A DNA stretch of 64,000 bases from Eledone cirrhosa. Taxonomy: Eukaryota. Position 1 is the stretch's first letter, and every line of letters begins with the position of its first letter. The notes beneath the pieces are model-generated. The model made no database searches, was not told where the DNA came from, and worked only from the letters and a program-made list of their open reading frames with translations. The stretch is from positions 297,600,001-297,664,000 of the forward strand of contig OZ024742.1 of the NCBI GenBank assembly GCA_964016885.1. Direction: 5' to 3'. The position numbers and the translations under genes were made by a program. Of the stretch, positions 48,591 through 62,680 are shown piece after piece.

Positions 48591-50429
48591 AATGTAGATG
48601 GATGAGGCAGGAGCAAGGATATAATACAATAGACAGATAAAATTGATAAAACATTAAATAAGTATAATATTATTATAAACTGCACATATTTTAACCTCAA
48701 TGTTCATACTGTTTATAGTATTCTATGAGTCAGCCCTTGTGGCTGATAACGAAATCATTATTACTACTATATAGTTATCACCACAGTTTTTCAATGCAAG
48801 TTAGACAGCTCATTATGGTCTGAGCCAGTTTTTATTCAGGATTATTGATCTCTGAGATGTGTCAGAGGACCGTATCTCGTTTATATATTCCCTTTTTGAC
48901 AGGATTTCTACAGTTGGATGCCCTTTCTGTGAAAAAAGAAAAATGAACTAAATTAGAAAGAAAAAATTTAAAAATATATTATTTTGTATGTGATTTTGTT
49001 ATGATGAAAATCTAATCTTGAGAAGTTATTAAAAAATGTCAACTCCCACACTCTGAAACTCAAAAATATTAGTTGACAGTTTCATGAAAATATTAAATAA
49101 CAACTGGTGCATTAATCAAATAAATTGTTTCTACTGACAATTATTTCATCTCTGTTTGTAAAAGTTTGAAATTTTTGTTAATTATCCTTGGAAAAATATT
49201 ACTCTTATACCAAACATATTTGATTGTGGTGGCTGTAAGTTGATCATAAGTTGTGACCTTAGAAAAAAATATGAAAACATTTCTCTTGAATTTTTGTAAG
49301 TGTGTGGTTAAGGAATTCACTTCAAACTCATGGAGTTTGGGTTCAGTCCAACTGTCTGGCACTTTACGCAAGTGTCTTGTATTTTGACCAATGCCTTCTG
49401 AGTGAAATGTGGTAGATAAAAACTGCATGCAAGGTGGCTTATATATATACATATAATATAATACTGAAATGAAGCTGTCAAACAGAACTGATACACCTTC
49501 GGTCGTTTTCCCTCTCACTCAATTATTTAATTAAGTCAGTATCATTAAGAAATTAGAGTGGATACTTATATGTTAAATAGTGAGAAAAACTATTCATTGT
49601 GAGTAAAAATGTACATATATATATGTGTGTGTGAATATGTTCATTACTTAGTGGGTCAGCAAAATGACATCTATAAAATATGTGCCAGACTTGAAAAATG
49701 AAATAACTACTTGGGTTAACATATGCTTTAATTTTTTCCAGACAACTGAATAGAAGATTTAATGATTTGAGCAAAAATATTTTAAATTCAAAGCTACTGA
49801 GTGGATACAGCACCAGAACAACAACTGCACAATTCAGAGACATCATTCACTTGAGTTGATATCTTCTTCTTCTTCTTCTTGAGAGGGTTGTGGGGGCAGG
49901 CTCCTCAAACACTTCTTCCTGTGGGTCCTGTCAGAAGCAACTATCTCCAACTGATCCCAAAGGAGACCAGCCAAGCTCATGGAGTTGATATAATTGATTA
50001 AAACCTTTTAATGTGGTGCCCCAGCATGGCCACAGTTGAATGACTGAAACCAGTAGAAGAATAAAAGTATTTGAGTAAAAGTGCATATTTTAGTTGGGTG
50101 ATATGAATTATGTTGGTGGTAGCTACAAATAATACTCAGAAGTTTCAGAAAAAAAATTGACGTAAATTTAAAATTATTGAATTATTTTATCTATTTATTC
50201 TTTATTTAAACAATATTATTATTATTATCATCATTGTTATTGTTATCATCATTCTAGCTTCAATGTTAAATTTGATTTTATTCAGTTTCTTACAAGAAAA
50301 CAGCCAACACTGCCAGCATTTTAACTGTTCTTTTGTGATGTAGATGATCAATGATTGGATTTTTAAAATGTGAGGTTATCAAGAGAGGAAAAAATTATAT
50401 TTTGATGCCAACATGGAAAAATAGATATG

Positions 50430-50566
50430 CTATGATGAAGATGATGACTTTGATGATGATGGTAATGATGATGACTACAGTTATAACGATGATGATTATG
50501 TTGGTGACAACGATGAAAATCATAATGACTATGTTGATGATAGTGATGATTATGACAATGATGATG
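50430..50566. repeat. Degenerate (GAT)n tract after an RTE-type 3' end
   Basis: Direct reading. Confidence 0.8.
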
Positions 50567-51031
50567 TTTAAATATGTTTTTACTGGCTTAAATACTAACT
50601 TTAAGCAATCTGTGGAAATTAAAAATCTGTCAGAGTTGGCTTTGTCTTTTATACAATTCAAACCAACAAAATAGGGGTTGTTAGAGCATTGCATTACATG
50701 TCTTGCCATACTTCTTCCAACTTGGTGTTCTGTCAAACACCTGTTTATGTCGGACACCTGCAGTCATGAATATGATGGATTCAACTATCAACTGGGTCCA
50801 TTATGAAGATCCCTGCGCTGTCTTCCTTTAGAGGGGAAGGATGGGAAATTCTTATCTGTCTTGTAGCCATGGCAAAAAAGGTTGTGTGGGTGGGTACATT
50901 TGAAAGGGTTAAATACAAGCAAAGCCCTGATTAAATCTTTCAACTTTCACCTGAAGAGAAACATCAGGGTGTAGAAGGAAGTGCTACTTTTCAACCAGCT
51001 TGTTGAAGTGTGGGTGAGAGTGGTGAACATG

Positions 51032-54000
51032 ATAATAATAATGAAATTATTGTGTAAAGTGCTCATTGTATAGCACATTGAATAATATAGAAATGTCAGG
51101 GAAGTGAATAGTGTATGAGTCATGATATACATATGTTTATGTGTATAGAGGGGGAACATTAGGTGTAGTGTTGGCGAATCTCGGGAAGTATGGAGGTTTT
51201 AAAGGATGCAGTGTCTCGACAGCTAACAACTGATGCAGGTAGTTTGTTCCATGCTTCAGCAACTCTGAGCGTGAAAAAATGTTTCCGAGAGTCATGGGAA
51301 CTGTGCTGTTTTCTGACTTTGTGGGCATGTCCACGTGTGTTAGACACATGGAAATCAAAAAGGTACTCAGGGTTGTTGTTGGCAAGATGGTTAATAATTT
51401 TGTGGGTGTTTATCAAGTCAGTTGCCAGGCGTCAGAGCTTCAATGTATCTATGCCCAAGAAAGCAAGGCGTTCAGAATATAGTAGATGTCTGATGGAGGG
51501 TATTCGCTTGGTTGCACGTCTCTGAACAGTTTCCAGGCGGTCAATGTTCTGAGCAAGATAGGTGTTTTATACTGGTGATGAAAATTCTAAGTGTGGCCAC
51601 ACCATAGCCATGTACAGTCTTAAATAGATAGCTGGAGAGCGGCTGACAAAGGTCTTGCTGAGTGATGCTAAGACACCCTTGGCCCTCTTGACAATTTTAG
51701 AGACATGCTTCGTCCAATGCAAATCGCTGCTGACCGTAATGCCCAGGTCACGTTCACAAGAAGACTTCTTGATATTAGTGCTGTGGAGGGAGTATGTGGA
51801 CGCTGGGTTTTTATTCCCAAAATGCATGGTGGTGCACTTGTCCACAGCCAGCTTGAGTTGCCAATCTGAGATCCATTGTTGCATTGTGTCCAGGTCAGAC
51901 TGCAAGCAAGATCTATATTGTTCAGGATCTGTCCTTTTTATCTCAATGTACAGCTTGATGTCATCTGCATATTTCAGTACTGTGGCATTCTTTAAGTTGG
52001 CCTCTATGTCATTAATATATGCCACAAACAAAAGGGGGCCAAGAACAGATCCCTGTGGTACACCAGATGACATCTCATATGGTGAGGAATGCTGGCCCAG
52101 AACAATGACTACCTCTCTTCGACTGAGAATGAAGGACTTCAACCAGTTAAAAAGATCATCCTTCACACCCATTGCAGAGAGTTTTGCCATAAGCCTTTTG
52201 TGTGGTACAAAATTGAAAGCTTTCACAAAGTCATGGTAAACAACATCCACCCATGAGCCACCATCAGTGATCCGAGTGATGTCTTCAAGAAACTCGATAA
52301 GTTGATCACAGCAGCTGGAGTTGGGGATAAATCCAAATTGCGAGGGCCGGATAAGACTGTGAGAGTTCCAGAAGTTCCAAAGTGTTTCTCTGGCACAGGA
52401 TTCCATCAGTTTGGCAATGCAACTAGTAAGACTGACTGCACGATAGTTCACAGGTGATGTGCAGTCATCCTTTTTGAACAGAGGAATGACACTGGCAGTT
52501 TTCCACTGTTCTGGAGTAGCACCGTTGTTCAGACAGAATTGGAAGAAGCATGATAGCTGGTGCAGAAGGACGTACCCACCACGTTTAAGAAGCAGGTATG
52601 TAACACCATCAAGCCCAGGAGAGGCATGGTTGCATTTATCTTTTAGGTGACGTTGCAGCATTGCAGGTGTAAATTTCATGGTTGTAATAGAGTCCGGTGT
52701 CATAGGTGGTTGAGACGGTACACTCTGGTCTTCAATAATGAAAATGCCTGCATAGCATTCAGCAATGAGCTCTGCGCATTCCTTGGGGTCGTCAGTAACC
52801 TGGCTAGTTTGGGGATTGTGAAGAGGGCCAACTGGAGAGTGAGGCCTCTGCTTTGAGTGAACATACTTCCAGAATACCTTACTGTCAGGGCTGGTTGCTA
52901 TGCGCTGCTCAAATTGAAGCACTTCCTTTTTTGTCACCTGTTTGAGGTGGTTGGACGATTTATTTTGCCTCTTCCTATTGATGTCTGATTTGTGCAGTTT
53001 GGACTCATGTTCAGCATTGGGGCGTTCTTTTCTGGCAAGACGGACTGCTGCAATCTCCCAAATTGCACTTTTGGGATGTTTTTTCCGCTTACGTGGCACC
53101 AATGCTGCACATGCTGTCCATATTGAGCTCAGGATGTTCTGGAGTACAGTGTTGACATCTCCAGAGTCGTAGAGCTCAAGCCAGTTTGGACGTTGCAGCT
53201 CGGTGCAGTAACAGTTTCAGTCTGCTTTATTCCAGTCAAAGTGAGCTGTTTGGGGATGGTTGTGGTTCTTGTTACTGCCCATGAGGGATAGATTGGGAAT
53301 GATCATAGCATGATCAGAGTCACCTAAAGGTTCCTCATTAGTAACACTAGGAGTAGTGGTGAAGAGTAGGTCCAAAGTGTTGTCACCTCTTGTTGGGGAG
53401 GTGACTACTTGGGACCAATTTGAGTCCAGCACTAGCTCAAGGAAGTCATTTGCACTTGGCGGCCAACGAAAGGTTTCCCAGTCAATCTCAGGGTGATTGC
53501 AGTCTCCTGCAATAAAAACATAAGTGGCTGTTTTCCTGGCAACAGCTCTGAGGATATCACAAAGTTGAGGGTCCTGATGGTAATTTGGGAGATGGTAAAC
53601 GACTCCAAGTAGCAATGTTGACATGGTCATACGTATATCGCAGAAAAAAACTTCCTGCTGTGATTGGTTCAATCAACACAAGGAATTGCCGACAAATTTG
53701 ACCGAACGTAGACCATTACACCACCACCACCACGATTAATGCAGTCTTTACGAAACAGGTTGTAGCCAGTTATGCTGAAAACTCCACCACAGAGTAAGGG
53801 ATGTGCCCAAGTTTCCGCGACTGTAATGAAGTCAGGGTTGATACTTTTGACGTAGGAGTCAAAAAGATGAATCTTATTGCATAGACTATGTGCATTCAAG
53901 GACAACAATTTGTACCTTGATTTCAGTATTTGATTATGTGCAGGGGATGGCAGGTTGTTCTGATTTAGTTTCCCAGAGTTTTTTCAGTTTTTTTATTGTC

Positions 54001-54790
54001 AGTTTTGTGGGTACAGTATTTTCAGACCAGCTGGTATCTCTTTTCCATGTTTCACCAGCTTTAACAAACTTCCATATCTGCCCATCATCATGTAGGCTGA
54101 AGCTTTCATGTTCTGCCAAGCTGCGGTTTAAGGAAGCTGCAGCACACAACTTTGGGCAGACATCAGGTGGAAGACCAGGGCGTGTTCGGAAAGCAATCCG
54201 ACTTTCATGCCTACATTCAGAGGCTACAAGGTATGAATGTGCCTCAGTTCAGTTCGAAAAAGACAGACTAATTAGCCTGGGTTTCGGGCCTCGTCGGCCA
54301 AGGCATAGAGCACCCTTCGCAAGAGCACAGCCCAAGTCTTTGGATGAACTGGCAGCAAATGCCTGAAGATCAACTGTCTTCTGGTACACCAATGGCAATG
54401 ACTTCGTGGTTTGCAGATTCAGTGGCATTCTCAATGCGTCTAGGTTCAACATGAGGTACACGGAGATTTTTTAACAAGACACTCCAGTAAGATCCCTCAT
54501 TGTGAGGTTCTACACGAACACTTGATTTTATTCCCGTTATTTCTCGGCTTAAAGCAGAAATCATTTGCTGTATTTCCTCAAACTCCATATTGACGGTCGA
54601 TTTTTTTTTTGTTGTTGTTCTTCTTCAGCAGGCATGGTAGGGGAAGACACAGTCGTTGGTTGTTGTTGTTGAAAAGTAACGGGGGAAGAAGACATGGGTT
54701 GCTGTTGTTGATGAAGTCCTTCAACGGGAGTAGTAGCAGAAGCTACGGTCGTTGGTTTTTGATCTGAGTAAATGGCTCTGCTCTGTGTTT
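51032..54790 (-). mobile_element. Near full-length degraded CR1-clade LINE (ORF1 remnant, APE, RT, (ATT)n tail)
   Basis: SLNAHSL, VAETW, GGGVMVYV, IAGDCN, LDLLFT, LGDSDH, SGVPQGSVLGPLLF, KYADDIK, ERDLG, TRGHAHK, FFTLRV..WNKLP; split by several frameshifts. Confidence 0.92.
51567..53102 (-). pseudogene. Longest open segment of CR1 ORF2 (RT domain)
   Basis: 511-aa track ORF carrying all RT core motifs; continues in other frames on both sides. Confidence 0.9.
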
Positions 54791-55057
54791 GTACATGTAA
54801 ATAAAGTACAATAGGGGGTCAAGGTGACCATGGCTTTTGTAAATTTTCTCCATGAGTTACCATCAGAGGTACCCCCTCCCCATTTTGGAGAATTTGTTGT
54901 TTGATTTTTTAACTGTTTATTTCTTTAGATTTTTTGTTAACAGGTTTTACACAAAAATATTAACCCTTACTGTACTGTCCTGTGCTGTCTTTATTGTCCA
55001 CTTGATGTAGGTCCTGTGTGGCTAAAAAAGAAACATTAATTATTGTTATTATTATTA

Positions 55058-56000
55058 TTGAAGGGTGGTGGATTGGCAATATGGGTAGAGGTCGGACGCC
55101 ATGATTTGCAGCATAGAGTTACGGCCCATTACGCTCTGAGTTCAAATCCTGCAGAGGTTAACTTTGCCTTTCATACTTGGTCAATAAAATAAAGCACCAG
55201 TAATGCATTGGGATAATTGCTGGCTTGTGCCAAATGTAGAAACAAATATTTTTATTGCTGGATTGGCAGAATCATTAGTGTTGGACAAAATGCTTTGCAG
55301 CTTTTTGTTATGGCCCTTTACATTTAAGTTCAAATCACACTGATGTTACCATTGCCTTTCGTCCCTATGGGGTTGATAAATAAAATTACCAGTAATACAC
55401 TGGGATTTAATCAACTTTCCCTTTCCCCAAAAACTGTTGACCTCATGCCTAAATCAGAAACTATTATTATTGTTATTGTTTAAAATCCTTCTGATACAAG
55501 CATGGAAAAGCAGATATAAAGGCATGATGAAACTCTGCTTTTGTCTGTGATTCTTCCAAAAATGTTTACCCTTATATCAAAATTAAAAATTATTTTTATT
55601 ACTGTTTGCTCTGGGGGTGTAATGATTGTTAGAATTGTTAGGGTATCAGACAAAAGGAGGGCGGTGAATTGGCAGTATCGGTAGAGGGTCGGACATGCTT
55701 TCCATCATAGTTACGTCCCTTTACGATCTGAGTTCAAATCCAGCCGAGGTTTACTTTGCCTTTCATCCTTACGGGGTCGATAAAATAAAGTACCAGTAAT
55801 GCACTGGGTAATTGCTGGCCTTGTTCCTAAAGTAGAAACAATTATTTATATTCTAAGTTAAATCCTGCCAAGGTTATCTTTACTTTTCACCTTTTGGTGT
55901 CAATGAAATGCAATAGCAGTAAAGTACTGGGGTTGCTTTAATCGACTTTCCTCTCCCATAATGTCACTGTCCTTGTTATACCTATGTTAAAAACAATTAT
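55058..56000 (+). mobile_element. Cluster of at least four co-oriented SINE family A copies; best copy 55655-55848
   Basis: A-box-like TGGCAGTATCGGTAGA, B box GAGTTCAAATCC, shared core and agtagaaacaattatt end. Confidence 0.88.
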
Positions 56001-57255
56001 TATTTGCTCAGGAGGATTTTCAAATTACAAGATTTTGTATTCTCTTTGAGACATGTTTACTATATTATCTATTAATTCTATGGATATGTCTTTATTTGGT
56101 TTGCACATTTACTATATAATAATAATGTAAATACTGATTGTAAGGAAGATCAGCATGCTTAGGTTTAGAAACCTGAGAAAAGACTCTCTATTCTATTTAA
56201 TAGCATAGAAATTGCAGTAATGTTGTGATTTGTCAGTTCATTCTTGGTGTTTGTGTTGGTTAATATTCTGCTAATTACAATGTACCACTGCTTCTTAATC
56301 CTGTTGTTACCATGTTTCTAATGAAATACATAGTATTTTAATTAATTAGTGCTGAAGAGATATACTGAAATTATTTTATTAAAATGGTATTTATAACATG
56401 ACAAAACGTGCTTGCATGAAATTAAATAGGAAGATTTAATTCAAAATGGATGGTTTTGTTTTATGGAACCAGAGGTGGTTTTTCATCAAAAACAATACAC
56501 CCACTCCCCGCGATGATTGAAACATTTTACAGCTCTCTTAATATAAAAACATATTCGTTGTTAAAAAGATACGATGTAAAATTGAGAATTTTACGAAAAA
56601 AATTCAAAAGGGTTTTCAACAAAAACACTTTGAAAATCAAATTGACTATATTAGATAAAATTACAACATATTAAAATTCTTCTTACCTTCATGCATTCCA
56701 TACCAAATTTTCATGGGTACCCCATTGTTTAGAATTAATATATGTTCATGGGCAAAAAATTTCTTGTGTCATTAGGTTTCAAATATTGAGTCAAGCTATT
56801 TAGTGTTGAGATCTCTCCTGGTTTATCTTATCCAATGATTTTTAAAAATCGTATTGGTTTTTTGATACACAATTAGAGAAATGATCACTTAATAAAGAAA
56901 TAATATAAAATTCAACCACAAATGTTTACATATCTTAAAATATTTTCTACCTTTTCTCTCTGGTTCTCATTTTTGACGGCATATTTGTTCTGATAATTAA
57001 GCAAAATAATAATGAGGGTTGGTGAAGGTGGGAGAGACAGAGGCAGTGACAGTGGGAGTTAGGTTATTTTCTGTTCAGACCATGTGTATAGTCATATTCA
57101 GTGCTACTCCAAAAGAAACTTTTGAAATTGATTTGGGTTTTCAATAGCAGAATAATGTTGTTTTAAGTGTAAGAAAATTAATAAATCAACCACCTTGCAA
57201 AAAAACAAAACAAAAATTCTCTTAAAAAAGTTAAGCAAAAATGGATTACATTATG

Positions 57256-57437
57256 TTGGCAGTATCAGTAGAGGGTCGGACGCCATGCTTTGCAGCAAAG
57301 AGTTACGGCCCTTTATGGTCTGAGTTCAAATCCCACTGAGGTTAACTTTGCCTTTCATCCTTATGGGGTCGATAAAATAAAGTACCAGTAATACACTGGA
57401 ATAATTGCTGGCCTTGTGCCAAAAGTAGAAACAATTA
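57256..57437 (+). mobile_element. SINE family A, near full length
   Basis: Aligns with 55668-55848. Confidence 0.88.
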
Positions 57438-57626
57438 TGTTAAGTTCACTTTACATTTATCATTTATTACTTAGTTGTGTTGCTGCTGACTTTAGCAGAG
57501 CCCTAAAGTCAGCACAACATACACAACCACAGGTCCAATAGTTGAAATATTTACACAAACCAAAGTTCTATGGCCAACAAAACAAAGACATAAGCTTAGA
57601 TTAAGAGAATAAATACTTATTTACAA

Positions 57627-57747
57627 CTCTGAGTTCAAATCCTGCCGAGGTCAACTTTGCCTTTCATCCTTTCGGGGTCGATAAAATAAAGTACCAGTAA
57701 TGTACTGGGTAATTGCTGGCCTTGTGCCAAAAGTAGAAACAATTATC
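57627..57747 (+). mobile_element. SINE family A, 3' part
   Basis: B box plus core. Confidence 0.85.
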
Positions 57748-57759
57748 ATAATACTCTTA

Positions 57760-58010
57760 GCAACAGCAACAACAGTAACATTAGTAACAACAGCAACAAC
57801 AATATCATCAACAACAACAGTAACAACAACAACAACAACAACAACAGTACCATTAGTAACAACAGCAACAACAGTAACAACAAGAAACACAACAGTAACA
57901 TTGGTAACAACAATGTCAACAACAGCACCATTATTAACAACAGTAACAACAATAACAACAGTACCATTAGTAACAACAGCAACAGCAGTAACAACAATAA
58001 CAACAGTAAC
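57760..58010. repeat. Degenerate (AAC)n repeat
   Basis: Direct reading; source of the poly-Thr and poly-Leu ORFs. Confidence 0.9.
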
Positions 58011-59599
58011 ATAGAGATACGGTAGAAGAACATAACCACAAGGATATGGTCCAAACGTGGAAGAGCCGAACTCCCACTGTCATTGCATCCATCTTTATCA
58101 CCCTACCCATCTCTCTGTTTGCTTTTACGATTTCCCTTTTACCATTTATTACTTAGTGTCAAAACTGTCATCATCTTGGTTAACAACAATTCAATAAAGC
58201 CTTTGACATCAAGAAATAAATATGTGACTTTAACAAGTTTTGCGTGTTTTGTTTTGTTTTTTATAATGGCTGAAATGACATTTCGATAATGTAATAGATT
58301 TTGTTTTGCAAAAATAAATGTTGTTTTGGGGCAGTATTCTACAGCTGAATGCCCATCACAACTTCAATTGTTAATTATCATTAAGTAACGTACTTGTTCC
58401 ACTAATAGTCACATTCAAAGTCACTATACTGTAGGATTATTTGTGTGAAGATACACGAATATAATAAGCAAATAAATGATGGGCTTCCTCAGAGTTTCAT
58501 CTTCTCCAGTACTTTAGTCAGTCTGAGGCTATAGAGAACAACATTTATTCAAGGCGTCACATAGTAGGAGTGAACATGGAATCTCATTGTTGCAAAGTGA
58601 TATTCTTAATCGTGCAGCTATGCCAGCACTTGTGTATAAAAATAACTTAAATTTTCAAGAAACTTTTAATAATAAAGTCATATCTTGTCTTATGTTGAGT
58701 TAGTGGGGATTCTTCTCATTCATAACTAATTCACACACAGAGACACATATATATATGCATGTACACACACATACATACACAATCACACACAGAAACACAA
58801 ATGTGCTCACATACACACATACAAACACACAAACATACATATATAGACACACACAAACACACGAACAAATATACATACTCGTATTTGTGAACATCAGAAA
58901 ATTGAGATATACATGTGTTTATGTATATGATTATTGTATAGGAGTTGTGTGTGTGTTGCATTGTATCTGTGTATGTATATGTTATATATGTGTGTTACTG
59001 TATATATGTGTATGTATATGATATATATATGTGTGTTGCGGTATATATGTGTGTTGCTGTACATATGTGTATGTATATGTTATGAAGATGACACATATCC
59101 ATGCTGAATCTATATTTCAGAAAGCTTATCCGTTCGATTTTCCCCTGATTAAAGTTTGTTACAGTTTCTCCACAAATAATAGTTTCATTAAACATTGAAG
59201 ACTTTGGTAGCCAAAGTACTTCCCTGACTCCTATGATTCTACCCAAAGAAACACAGCTTGCTCTCCCCTCTCCTTGCCCATCTTCATTGTAAATACATGC
59301 TGTATCATTCTTATTTAATGTAGTTGTCAACAGACAAGAAAATGTTTAATTTGCTATCTGTTTCTTAGTATTGTGTTGAACTATGATAGCTTTAACTCTG
59401 GGATTACTACCTACAGGCTCCTTAATGTCTACTAGTGTACTAGTTTGCTTTTCATTTTCAATTCATTGCTTCATTTTTACACACACAGACACACATCATC
59501 ATCTCCATCATCAAGAATTAATGTACACATTTTGAACACATTACTACATAATTATATATGAAACTTGTCTATATACACACTTTAAAAACAACATTAACA

Positions 59600-59644
59600 T
59601 ACACACAGACATATATATATATATACATATACACACACACACAG

Positions 59645-59731
<87 letters not shown>

Positions 59732-59782
59732 CACACACACATACACACACACATATACATACATATATATATATATATATAT
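59600..59782. repeat. (TA)n/(CA)n compound microsatellite
   Basis: Direct reading. Confidence 0.95.
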
Positions 59783-60859
59783 TATGTTGGTGATGAAGCA
59801 TATCTATACACACACTTTTTAAACAACATTAATATTTACGTATTAAGTACATAAAATATACATACGCACAAAATATATTCATGAACATATTTACAAAAGA
59901 AAAGTCATAAAAAATTTCCAAATAAAATATATGTATTCTGCATTCACTGAATAATAAATTGATGCATAATTACCTACAAAATGAAATAATTCTTTATTTT
60001 CTTTTATTAGCAATTTTGTTTCTTTAAATCAAACCAAATGAGAAAAATGACACATTAGCTGGTGTTTATTATTATTATTATTATTATCATTATTATTATT
60101 TATTTATTTATTTATTTATTTTCATTCCGAGATATCATATATGAAGCGTTTTCTTTCTTTATAAGAATTTTATTTAAATCTGTGCCAAAAATGCTGGCTC
60201 TAGCAAGTACATACTTTAGAATGTTTGTGATACAAGATAATAATGTTTTACTCTTTTGATACTAAATTGCCTGAAACCACCTCTGGTTCTATGAAACTGA
60301 GCCATATATTAAAGCATTTATATTTATCTAAAACCTTCCCTTCATAATTTTATGTAAGAAAATCTAAGTTACGCTTCAAACATAAGCTTAATAAAGAGAA
60401 AGTTACTTTAAATTTTCTATTACTTACAAAATTTATTTAAAAATCATAAACAGTGTCTTTCATTAGAAATATAGTAAAGAAAGGCTTCAATAGTGAATGT
60501 TCTATTGAAGCCAGGATGTCATGATATAATGCACCAAGTACACTCTATTAAGTGCTAGGCAATAGGAATAACATCCAGTCTTATATACATATATATATAT
60601 ATGTGTGTGTGTGAGTTTATATAATAAGGGAGTCATCAATGGTCAATTTTTGTATGGCAGCTGAGTTTGGAGGACACAAGCACTAACTATCTTCAAGTTA
60701 TTGACAAATTTCATACTCAAATAGACAAACCTGTATGATATACTCCCAAATAGCTATTATCCTGAAGCAGGGTAAACCTGTATTCACTTGTTGACTGAAG
60801 AATCTAAGAAGAGTAAATTGCTAACTGCTCAGTTTAAATGCAAAAGAAAACAGCATGGT

Positions 60860-61945
60860 ATTTGACTTTCCCCAAAAGAGGAAGCAAAAAATGCAGGTCA
60901 ATATTATACAGTCAATCAGTTTTAACAACTGGTTCAGATATATTGATGGGGTACGATCAGACATTGGAGTAGGGTGTGGGGCTACGTGATCTTCTGAAAA
61001 TAATAATAAAGTTATGAGCTTCAGATTACTTCCAGATTTCACAATATTTGATGCAGAGGGCTGGGGAATTATATTATCTATAGATTCAGCTAAAGAAATG
61101 CCATTCGTTTTTACTGATAGTTTATTGAACCTAGAACAATTTCAATGAAAATAAAAGAGGTTGAGTTAGAGATATTGAGAGAGTTCTCCTAAGAATAGAT
61201 AACTATCTTTCAGAAAATAATAAACAGATAGCAGTAATTTGGATATCAGGTCATACAGATATTAGGGAAGCAGAAAAACAGATGAATTAGCAAAGGTGGG
61301 AGTACAAAGGAAAATAATAGATATAGGCTACATTTCATGTCTATCTCAAGTCAAATCATTGAGTAAAAATATAATTAGTCTAGGGTGAAAAACGTTTGGG
61401 GAAGAATCTAGAGATAAGCTCTCAAATTTCAATCCTCTGCTATCTCAACCAGATCTGACAACATTTAAAACATATCAGACATTGAATAATGTTAATAAGC
61501 AAATACTATATTAGCTTCGAATAATTCATATACCATCCTGAATGGGGCATATCGAATCACCTATATGTTCTTGTGGAGACTGCCCAGAAACTCTTTTGCC
61601 CTATTTTTTCAATGCAGAAACTAACTGTCTGAGAGAGTATACATCTTGAAGTTCATAATTAAAAACTACCAAGACTTGAAGTACAATATATTGTCAAAGC
61701 TCTATCAACTATAAACAAGTTCTTTCACTACATAGAAGCTATGGAAAGATTCAACAACAAAAACTGTTAGCTGCCCTTGTTTTTGTTATCTTATTTATGC
61801 TTCTTTTGCCTTCAGTTGGCCTTCCCATTTTTTTTTAAATCTTTGTCTGCATTGTTTCATAACCGTAAAAGCTACAAGTTACCTACTCTATTCTGTCATG
61901 ACTTACTAGCTCTATCCAGACATTTAAATTAAATAAATACATCAG
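60860..61945 (+). pseudogene. 3' fossil of an RNase H-encoding LINE (I group or related)
   Basis: YIDG...GVGCG (about 60940), TIFDAE (about 61045), FVFTDS (about 61105), WISGHTDI...EKTDELAK (about 61240-61295), then SPICSCGDCPET (zinc knuckle-like, about 61560). Confidence 0.75.
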
Positions 61946-62399
61946 TAATAATAGAAACTGTTTGAAAGCCTGTTTGGGTTGACTATACCACTAATTCAAA
62001 GTGCCAGTCCCAAAACACATTGAGTTATGCTGAATCTTCCTGAAATCTCAGCCATAAATTTCATTGAAACAAACAGAGCTCCATTGATTTTTTCCCTCTA
62101 ATTCTTAACTATACCTATTCTTCATAGATCATGTTTCAAAATATAGAACTTCTAGAATGGAAACATGAAAGCTTCCTAGGAAGTGAAAGTCATCAAATAT
62201 CTCAATGAACCAATTGACAACTATGGTTTATAAATCACACATTGCATTATTAGATAAAAGTAAAAGCAATGTTCTTACTTGTAAGATTACTCATTTATGT
62301 GCTACAATGTCACAAAGAAATTATCATCTTGAAATATTATATCCACTTCAAAAATGTTGAAATGGCTATTCTTCATTTCAGCATAATTTATTGGCTTAT

Positions 62400-62680
62400 G
62401 AACAGAATTTATTTGCTCATAAACAACATTATTGTTTTCATAAACAACATTATTGTTTTCATAAACAACATTGTTTGCTAATAAACCAATATGGTTTGCT
62501 TATAAAACAGCATCATTTGCTCACAAACTACTTTATTTGCTAATAAAAGACATTATTTACTCACAAAACAGTACTATTTACCCTTAGAAAGCATTATTTT
62601 CTTAAAGAAGAACATTATTTGCTGATAAAATAACATTGTTTGATCAGAAAACAGCATTATTTGTTCATAGAATAGCATTA
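62400..62680. repeat. Degenerate 20-21 bp minisatellite
   Basis: Unit about ataaacaacattattgttttc, roughly a dozen copies. Confidence 0.8.

Noticed and set aside
57478-57520. Small hairpin tgctgactttag / ctaaagtcagca
   Set aside because: Isolated 12-bp stem with no supporting context.
59120-59340. Non-repetitive open frame on the minus strand (NKNDTACIYNEDGQGEGRASC...)
   Set aside because: No good splice signals or family motif seen; unresolved without a homology search.
62400-62680. CRISPR-like array
   Set aside because: Contiguous degenerate tandem units without unique spacers, eukaryotic context, no cas genes.
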